Origin: the human T2T-CHM13v2.0 reference genome, Homo sapiens
Strand: one strand, 5' to 3'
Assembly (NCBI RefSeq): GCF_009914755.1
Contig: NC_060930.1
DNA length: 64,000 bases
Shown here: positions 54,521 through 64,000 of the stretch, in pieces
Position numbering within the stretch: position 1 is the stretch's first letter
Layout: the number at the start of each line of letters is the position of its first letter
Translations under genes and position numbers: made by a program
Notes under the pieces: generated by a model
What the model was told of the DNA's origin: nothing
What the model saw: the letters and a program-made list of their open reading frames with translations, nothing else
The model's database searches: none

Positions 54521-56764
54521 GGATTTAATTATTATGACATAGTAACTTTATAAAATGAAGTAATCAGAGACATTATTTAATTGGAAGGGCATAACTAGGA
54601 TCAACATGGATAAAAGTGCTAAAAGGAAACAAATTCAAATCAACATTATAAGTATAATTCTTATAAGAACAAGTATACATTATAATTCTTAATTATTTTC
54701 ACCCCATGTTCAAAATGAAACATATTAAAAATTATTTCTTGATTTGACCATGAAAAGTAAATGCCTCCCTTTAAGACTTAAGTAATGAATGAATAAGCTA
54801 TTGAAGTTGTCTGTGGATAGTACAAATATTTTAACCCTAATTTGGGAATTACTACATGGTATATATTAAAAAATGTAAATACAGACCCTTCTTTCCCTAA
54901 CTTATCTTTTGTTCAGCACAGCTTGTGCATCTGTACCTCATGATCAATATTTTCCAAGTATACTGTAGTTTTATACAATAATCTTATTAGATCATGGTAT
55001 GTATTTTTAAGCAATACAGTATCTGTAATTTGAATCTAAAGCTTATTTATTTCTCAGGTAAAATATTTCTACTACATAGTGTCGTATAACGCAGAAGTAC
55101 TAGTTTCTAGATTTTTCACCTAATCACCAGTATTCTTACACTGTAACAGTATTTCATGTCTGCAGGTGAATTGTAATTTCCTCAAGGACAGACACCTTAT
55201 TTTCTATACTGTTTTACCATTTTGCATCTTAAAGCAAAATTAGAGACATATTTTCAGTGTTTCTCTAGCATTTTTTCGTTATGGAATGCTCTGGGATATT
55301 CAAGTTTGGGTTGTACAGTGAAGGATGAAAAGAATCAAAATGACTCTCCATTACTCAGGGGTATTTAGAAAAGTCAGGACTACAGCGTGACAGTGAGTTA
55401 TGGGCCCTCTTATCTTGTGTTCTTGCTTAAGAAAAACTATTTAGTGAATGGATCCCACTTTTTTGCATATGAATAGGGTCACAATCATTCATGCAAACAG
55501 AAACATGCCGTCTTTCTTGGTGCTGACTTAGTTTTTCATCAAGCCTCTTCTCTTCTACTTCCAGACATGACATGCACTCTACTGTGTGGCATGATGGGCC
55601 CTTCTCAATAATCTGTGTAAGACAAGTTCATATCTTTTGTTGTAAAAAAATAACCTTTACACACTGATGAAAATGTTGTTGAAACATGGCACATCTTTAA
55701 GTCTCACACACAAGGTGAGAAGCACTACCAATTGACTCTACAAAAGCATAAACCAGAACATAATTTTTGCACTTAAAAACACTAAGACCTGAAATTAGGA
55801 AACTGTAAAACTGCAGAAGCACTCAAACCAACATACAGCTTTACTCTGAGTAATATAAGAGTAGAGGTATTTTAGACCTAATACACAGAGTTCTAGGTGT
55901 AATTCTGTTAAGCAGCTTTACATTTTGCCATTAGAACTATTTCCCCTCTGTGTTAAGCTTTAATATCCTTTCAAATGCATTAATGTGTCACCAGAACAGA
56001 CTCTCACAGACTCCTGGCTGCTTTAAATATTTCCATTTTAATAACAGCTTCAGATCTTCACTCAGAGCTTTATATACCCCTTACTGTCACAGAGGCTTGT
56101 GAAAGACAGAAGGAAACAGCTCATCATCCACAAAAGTCATCCAATGTACAATTGTTTGCTTTAGAATACAACCCACATGAAAATTAAAGGGAAACATAAT
56201 TTACATTTGATTTTCTCTACCCTTTGTGCTCATCTCTGAATACTTCTACAGACATTTTTGAAGTTCCTGTAAGGACGGCTTAAATTCTCTCTTTCTGAAA
56301 GTGACTGTAGTTTCATACTAAAAGAGTTAAGGTCCCTCTCTTAAATCTCAGAAAGGCAGAGTAGAGCCAAATGTTGTTTAGACCTTCATAATGTGAGGTG
56401 TTGCAATCAGATTTGCTATTAAGTAGCATGGGAGCTGAGAGGTAAGGAGTAGCACTTCACCAATGCAGCAGGGTTAAAACGTTTGTGACAGTGGTGATGG
56501 TTCTTCATGTTTGTCTAAAAGGAAAAGTGGGCATTTAATATTTTGTGTAATTTCTGACCTTACCGGTAACCACTGTCATGCTTCAGAGAAAGCCAATAAT
56601 AATTTTGGGATTAAGGAACAGGGATAAGTTAAGGCAAACTAGAAGAAGGTTCCAGATATAATCTTGAAGACCTGCAAAAGTTTTCATTACAAAAATGAAG
56701 ACAAAATTAGAACAGGCTAGAATGACTATGAAGACACAAATAAAATAAGGAGTTGGCGGGGTAG

Positions 56765-57107
<343 letters not shown>

Positions 57108-57189
57108 GGCACATTTTGTACTTTGCTCATATTGTTTATCTATGAGTATTGTGCCATTTAATATTACACCTTCAAAAAATGCGATTTGG

Positions 57190-57491
<302 letters not shown>

Positions 57492-57870
57492 AAAAAATGT
57501 GATTTGCCAAAGATGGTAAACTCTTTGTTCCCTTACTGAATTTTGGTTAATTTATAATTGTTAATGAAAATATGAGGCAAAACTGCATACTCTCAAATGA
57601 TAGTTCACTCTGATCCACCAGAAAGAGGAATAAGAATGAGGCTCAACATTGTGGGACTAGGCTCCAACCTAAGTGAGTGTTTTAAACTAACTTAGTGTGT
57701 TCCTCATTGATGACAATGACCTATTTGAAGTCTTCCCCTCTTCATTACACCCTCAGTGATCCCAAAGGGTCTTATCTAATTTGTTTTCTTTGGTAAACTG
57801 AAAATAACTATGAATTAATTTCACTTTAATTAACACATATCTTTGAACAATTGAGTGTCTCTCTTTATTT

Positions 57871-58042
57871 TTATTATTTATTTATTCATTCATTTATTTA
57901 TTTTTGAGACGGAGTTTCGTTCTTGTTCCCCAGGCTGGAGTGCAATGGGGCCATCTCGGCTCACTGCACCTCTGCCTTCTGGGTTCAAGCAATTCTCCTG
58001 GCTCAGCTTCCCGAGTAGCTGGAATTACAGGCACCTGCCACC
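57871..58042 (-). mobile_element. AluS right arm only (5'-truncated)
   Basis: gagtttcgttcttgtt...aggcacctgccacc; flanks gtctctctttattt / gtctcttttattt. Confidence 0.88.
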
Positions 58043-58219
58043 AGTCTCTTTTATTTTAAATACTAGTTTAGTTTAGTTTGAATGTTTGGTGTATCCAAAC
58101 AATCAAATCAGCAAACAACACCTGAATTCCAAGTGTTAATTTCCAATTGTTTGCCACTTTTCACATTGATATCACACCAGAAACTACAACACAATACATT
58201 CCAAAAAAGTTTAACATTT

Positions 58220-58410
58220 TTACTCGTAATTCCCTGCTCTTCTGTCTCTTTCTGTTACTAACACTTTATTCACCCAGACCCACAGGCTCAAATCCTTGGA
58301 GTTTCCATTGACTTTTCTCAAGCAAAGCTTACATTTTAAGTTTATAATACTTTCTTCCTACTCTTTTATATTCTAATTCTTTCCTGCTCTTATGACTACC
58401 ACTATGGCAG
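58220..58410 (+). mobile_element. L2 fragment
   Basis: attcacccagacccacaggctcaaatccttggagtttccattgac resembles L2 core. Confidence 0.55.
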
Positions 58411-58497
58411 AGGTCCTCAAGGAGCACAAGATAATCTATTAAGGAAGAAAGAAATCATTAGGATTTCTACAAAAACAACAACAACAAAAAATCCTTA

Positions 58498-60289
58498 GGG
58501 GAGGGGCCAAGATGGCTGACTAGAAACAGCTGCAGTCAGATGCTCCCACTGAGAAAAATGAAAATGGCAAGTGAATCCTGCACCAACAACTGAAGTATTA
58601 GGGTCTCTCACTGGGATTGACTAGATGGTTAGCACGACCTATGGAGAGCGAGGAAAAACAGGGTAGAGTGACAGCCTACCCGGAAGCCACACAGGTAAGG
58701 GGAGCTCCCACTTCCCGCCAAGGGAGGCAGTGAGTGAGTGTGCTACCCCACCTGGGAAACCACGTTTTTTTCCATGGATCTGTGCAACCCATGGATCAGG
58801 ACATCTGCCTCGTGAGCCCACGGCACCAGGGCCTTGGGTCCCAAGCACAGAGCTGTGCAGATTCTCAGCGGCCACTCAGCTGCAGACTGCCTAAGACTAG
58901 TGAGTTCCTGGAGTGAAGGGCATCAGTCCTCATTGCCTCTGCCTGCTGCCTAAGATGACTGAGCTCCGCGGGGAAGGGCAGCAGCCATCACTACAGCTCT
59001 AGTCAGCCATTTTTCCCCTGCTGGCGCTGGGGAGACTGAGTAGTTTGGACCCAGGAGGAATTCCTCACAGTGCAGCACAGCAGCTGACAGATGGTGACCA
59101 GACTACCTCTTTAGGCTGGACTCTGACCCATTCCTTCTCACCGGGTGGAGCCTCACTGCAGGAATTTCAGCAACTCCAGCCAGGAGTTCACAGACAGAAC
59201 TCTTGATTTCCCTGGGAAGGAGCCTCAGTGGGGAGGGACGGTCACAGTCTCCAGGGATCAGCAGTCTTAGTCTTTCCTCCTGCTGGCTCTGAGGAATCCA
59301 GGCACTCCCAATGAGAGGAATTCCCCCGAGTGCAGTGTACCCTCACCAAGGGGCAGCCAGAGTGCTTCATTAAGTGGGTCCCTGATACCATGCCTCCTGA
59401 CTGGGTGAGACCCACCAACAGGGGCCACCAGACACCTTACACAGGACCATTCCCGCCAGCATCAGGTTGGTGTCCCTTTGGGACAGAGCTTCCAGAAGAA
59501 GGAGCAGGCAGCCATCTTTGATATTCTGCTGCCTCCACTGGTGACATCGTCAGGTGAAGGAGGGACCCAGCTGAATTGGGTCTGGAGAGAACTCCCAGCA
59601 AACCGCAGCCCTATAGAAGAGGGGCCTGACTGTTAAAATAAAAACAAACAGAAATCAACGACAACAACAGCATCAACAAAAACATTCCCACAAAAACCCT
59701 ATCCAAATGTCAGCAACCTCAAAGATCAAAGCTAGATAAACCCATGAAGATGAGAAAGAAAACTAAAAACACGGAAAACTCAAAAAACCAGAGTGCCTCT
59801 TCTCCAAATGATCATAACACCTCTCCAGCAAAAACTGGGAGGAGGCTGAGATGGATAAATTGACAGAAGAAGCCTTCAGAAGGTGGGTAATAATGAACTT
59901 CACTGAGCTAAAGGAGCTAAGTTCTAACTCAATGCAAAGAAGCTAAGAACTATGATAAAACATTACAGGAGCTGTTAACCAGAATAACCAGTTTAGAGAG
60001 GAACATAAATGACCTGATGGAGCTGAAAAACACAACAGGAGAACTTCGCAATGGAGCCACAAGTATGAATAGTCGAATAAACCAAGGGGAGGAAAGAATT
60101 TCAGAGCTTGAAGGCTACCTTGCTGAAATAAAACAGGCAGACAGGATTAGAAAAAAAAATGAAAAAGAACAAACAAAACCTCTGAAAACTATGTGATTAT
60201 GTAAAAAGACCAAACCTACGACTGATTGGGGTACCTGAAAGAGATGGGGAGAATGGAACCAAGTTGGGAAACATACTTCAGAATATCAT
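58498..60289 (+). mobile_element. L1PA8/PA10-like 5'UTR plus first ~540 nt of ORF1, 3'-truncated
   Basis: Intact 5' terminus gggaggggccaagatggc; ORF1 start at 59750; ORF1 remnants RPNLRLIGVPERDGENGTKL; ends abruptly with no poly(A). Confidence 0.92.
58508..58516 (+). promoter_or_regulatory. YY1 motif of the L1 internal promoter
   Basis: caagatggc at the canonical position near the L1 5' end. Confidence 0.65.
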
Positions 60290-60380
60290 AGTAACTACAT
60301 CACAAGGTTATTGTAAAGATTAAAGAGAATAATATATATTAGTATAAATTACTCAATGTAGGGTGCCAGTTATTATTATT
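60288..60380 (+). mobile_element. MIR 3' part
   Basis: atagtaactacatcacaaggttattgtaaagattaaa...ttattattatt. Confidence 0.7.
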
Positions 60381-60499
60381 AATTTGTAAAACATACATAC
60401 TTTTACCTATCATGATAATCTTGTTTTGTTACAAAAGAAAAATTAAGACAAATGGGAGATAGAAGAAACACAGAAAGTGTAGAACACATAGAAAACATA

Positions 60500-62075
60500 A
60501 AAATAAATGTAAATATATTAAACTCCCCAGTTAAGGAAAAAGATTTTCAGTCTGTTAATATCCAGTTGTATGCACTATATATGCTCAGTGTGTTTACAAG
60601 AGATGCAGTGGAGATTTACAGATAGACAAATATGCAATTCAAAGTAGGGGAAAAGATATAGCAGATAAAGTCTAACTACATGAAGCCTGGTATGAAATAT
60701 TAATTTCAGATCAAATAGAAAACAGATAAAGAGAATCATTTTATGATGACAAAAAATTCAAGTCACAGGCACTCAACAATTTTAATTGTTATGTACTTAA
60801 CAACATAACTTCAAAATAGTAAAGAAAAAATTGGCAGGACTGCAAGATAAATTGAAAGCCTACCTTATTATTGAAATAATTTAAATAATGGAGTAAATGA
60901 TAAATTAGGCAAATAAAATATTAGTAGGATATTAAAATTTGAACTGCCCAAGTACAAGTTCAACCTAGGGGATGGGCATTAAAGTACACCCCCCAACAAC
61001 TGTGACATGTGCATTCTTCTTAAGCACATCTAGAACATTTATGAAAATTGACTATGTGCTAAGCCATAAAAACTAACCTCGACAAATTTCAAAGATTAGT
61101 GTCATGAAGACCACACTCTGCTTGCAATGCAATTGCATTAGTAAAAAACAACAAAAACTACAAAACTCCCAAACATTTGGAAGTTAAAAAGCAAAGCTCC
61201 AAGTAATTTTTAATGAACGTTAGAAAGTATTTACACCTGAATTATTTTAGAAAGTATTTACACCTGAATTATTTTGAAAATACTACATATCAAAACTTTG
61301 GGATATAGCTAAAATGTAATTTAGACCAAAATGTATGGTTCTAAATGCTTTTGTTAGAAATGAAGAAAGTATAAATTTCCAACTTTATAAGTTAGAAAAA
61401 AGAACAATAGAAAAAAGATTGGAGAAAAGAATTGCAATAAAAGCAGAAATCAATATTATAGAAAATAAATATTTACTAGAAAGGTTTAACAAAGCATTTT
61501 TAAAAAATGAATAAAATAGGCCAACTTTAGCAAAATTGTCAAATAAGAAGAGGTGCTCCTTGTAACAAAATAATATTTAGTATGGAAACGGGGGTATAAC
61601 TACAGACATAGGAGATATTAAAATAACTTAAGATGCTAATCAATAATTTTATATCAATAAATTTACAAGCATTTTAAGATACATTTATCAAACTAGTTCA
61701 AGAGAAGTCAGTACAAGAAAGAAATAAGCAGATTACTCCTGGAAATAGATGCAGAAATCCTAAGCAAATCAAATCCTGTAATGTATAAAAACCACACATT
61801 AAAGGCATTTTGTGTTTGTCCAAAAATACATAATTTAATATTAGAAAATCAATTAGTGTAATTAAAATAGCAGCATATTAAGGAAGATAAATTACAAGAT
61901 TATGTCTTCAGATACAAAAAAAGCATTTGGTAAGATTCAATAAAACAGAAACTATTAGCAAGTGAAGAAGAAAAGAAACTTCCTAACATTGATACAGTCT
62001 ATAAAAGCCCAAAGCAAATATTATATATGCTTAATGAGAAAATATTGAAAGCACTGTCTTTAAGATAAAAACAAA
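60500..62075 (+). mobile_element. Highly decayed L1M ORF2
   Basis: aaatgtaaat...aaactccccagtta (endonuclease start), acatttatgaaaattgactatgtgctaagccataaaa, aaagcatttggtaagattcaa. Confidence 0.75.
61220..61273. repeat. 27-bp perfect tandem duplication
   Basis: ttagaaagtatttacacctgaattatt at 61220-61246 and 61247-61273. Confidence 0.95.
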
Positions 62076-62256
62076 AAACAAGCAAACAACAACAACAAAA
62101 AAAAACCCAAGAATTTTTGCCATACAAAACCATTTTTTTTTCTTGGGAGTATGGGTTTCCCTAGAGTATATTGCAATGGGGAGAAAATGCCACAACTCTT
62201 GTGGGAGTTGGAGGCCAAGTGTTGACTCTAGCATCTAATGAGAAATAAAGTTGCAT

Positions 62257-63146
62257 TGTAAATCAAAAACAAAATCTAGGCCCCCCAAGTGACTGAAAAG
62301 ATCCCTTTTGTGGGCCAAGGGCATTCCAAGGTAAACCTGATAAACTAGTCTGGCCATGATAGAAAGGAGCGTTCAGACATGCCTTGTTACAGTCTCCTCC
62401 CTTTGGAATTCAGGTACAATTGACCAACATTAACATTAAAATAGAGGTCTTAAGAGTGATAAAATAGATTCTTTGTAGCAATAAGATACCAAATTTAGTA
62501 TAGCATCACAAGACAAATAGCAGTCCGTGAAAGAAACTGTAGTGTTTTACCCCAGAATATATTTCTTAGACATATTTTGAAATGACCCCTGTAAAGCTAT
62601 CTCTTGTGGGGAAAACTTTCATTCTGTAGAGAATCTCCTTCCCTTTTCAGGTCTTTTCCTGATCTAGAAGAGGTTAACTAAGAGTCTGGCACCTTTTTAT
62701 GCCTAATTAGAGACAGTTACGGCTATTTTTTCTGAGGCCTGCTACCCGAAGTCTTCATCTGCTTTAAGAACCTTGGTCTCCACAGCCCTTGTTATCTTAA
62801 TAGTCCTTTCTGTTGATTCCAGATCTGTAGATAATAACTTAACTCTTTCAACCAATTGCTAATCAGAAAACCTTTGAATCCATGAATCCAACTGTGACCC
62901 GGAAGCCCAGCCCTTTCCCCACTTTAAGTTGTCCTGCCTTTCCAGACTGAACCAATGCATACCTTGAATATACTGATGTATTGATTGATATCTTATGTCT
63001 CCCGAAAATGTATAAAACCAAGCTGTCATCCAATCACCTTGTGCCTATGTTCTCAGGACCTCCTGGGGCTATGTCATGGGCACTAATATTTGGCTCAGAA
63101 TAAACCTCTTTAACTATTTTACAGAATTTGACTCTTTTCATCAACA
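62257..63146 (+). mobile_element. MER4D-type ERV1 solo LTR
   Basis: tgtaaatcaaaaacaaaatctaggcccccc...aataaacctc...tcaaca; 4-bp TSD gcat/ccat. Confidence 0.88.
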
Positions 63147-63388
63147 CCATAATGTGATAATGGTGGTGATGCTGATTATAGCCATGGTGATAATGATGTC
63201 TTTATACAGCAGAGTTCCAAATTATTAGCGTATATTAATTCATTCTTCAGAAATTTTTTGTGTACTTGCTATGTGCTAAGAAATAAGAAATAACTTTTCC
63301 AGTAATCAAAAACTTGGTCTTCTTAATCAGTAAATTATCTCCCTATATATGATCTTCCTTTTTATTATGGGCTGTTCTGGGTACCTTT

Positions 63389-63850
63389 TGTCAGGCCTCT
63401 GAGCCCGAGCCCAAGCCAAGCCATCGCATCCCCTGTGACTTGCACCAAGTATACGCCCAGATGGCCGGAAGTAACTGAAGAATCACAAAAGAAGTGAATA
63501 TGCCCTGCCCCACCTTAACTGATAACATTCCACCACAAAAGAAGTGTAAATGGCCAGTCCTTGCCTTAAGTGATGACATTACCTTGTGAAAGTCCTTTTC
63601 CTGGCTCATCCTGGCTCAAAAAGCACCCCCACTGAGCACCTTGTGACCCCCACTCCTGCCCGCCAGAGAACAAACCCCCTTTGACTGTAATTTTCCTTTA
63701 CCTACCCAAATCCTATAAAATGGCCCCACCCTTATCTCCCTTCACTGACTCTCTTTTCGGACTCAGCCCGCCTACACCCAGGTGAAATAAACAGCCATGT
63801 TGCTCACACAAAGCCTGTTTGGTGGTCTCTTCACACGGACACGCATGAAA
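63389..63850 (+). mobile_element. HERV-H 5' LTR (LTR7 class)
   Basis: tgtcaggcctctgagccc...catgaaa close to recalled LTR7 consensus; TATA tataaaa at 63714-63720; aataaa at 63786-63791. Confidence 0.97.
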
Positions 63851-64000
63851 TTTGGTGCTGTGATTCGGATCGGGGGACCTCCTTTGGGAGATCAATCCCC
63901 TGTCCTCCTGTTCTTTGCTCCATGAGAAAGATCCACCTACGACCTCAGGTCCTCAGACCGACCAGCCCAAGAAACATCTCACCAATTTCAAATCCAGTAA
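63851..64000 (+). mobile_element. HERV-H internal leader (continues past the window)
   Basis: gggggacctcc...gagaaagatccacctacgacctcaggtcctcagaccgaccagcccaag. Confidence 0.95.
63853..63870 (+). promoter_or_regulatory. Primer-binding site, tRNA-His
   Basis: tggtgctgtgattcggat versus His PBS TGGTGCCGTGACTCGGAT (2 C>T changes). Confidence 0.92.

Noticed and set aside
63391-63895. Minus-strand ORFs in LTR7
   Set aside because: Incidental antisense frames of the LTR sequence

Overview
This is primate DNA, most likely human or another great ape (AluY/AluYd, L1PA6-type, HERV-H LTR7). It is AT-rich, CpG-poor, and intergenic or deep-intronic. I can find no intact protein-coding gene, RNA gene or CRISPR array: the longer ORFs are decayed L1, Tigger1, Alu or LTR frames. 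Main contents: (1) a two-LTR ancient ERVL provirus (3.7-9.9 kb) carrying nested MER6, LTR16-like, MST and MLT1B insertions; (2) a twin-primed (5'-inverted) L1PA at 19.7-23.7 kb; (3) a stack of old L1M, Tigger1 and Charlie1 pieces at 25-32 kb; (4) many Alus with target-site duplications (TSDs); (5) a MER4D LTR and the 5' LTR7 plus primer-binding site of a HERV-H provirus at the right edge. Two unexplained structures stand out. The first is an apparent ~5.8-kb inversion (54447-60287) that split one full-length L1PA and one MIR and left a flipped ~55-bp fragment with 10-nt duplications at the junction. The second is a ~175-bp inverted copy of the local ERVL pol sequence inserted inside an MST LTR. 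Family and subfamily names come from my recall of consensus sequences, not from a database search, and boundaries of old repeats are approximate.
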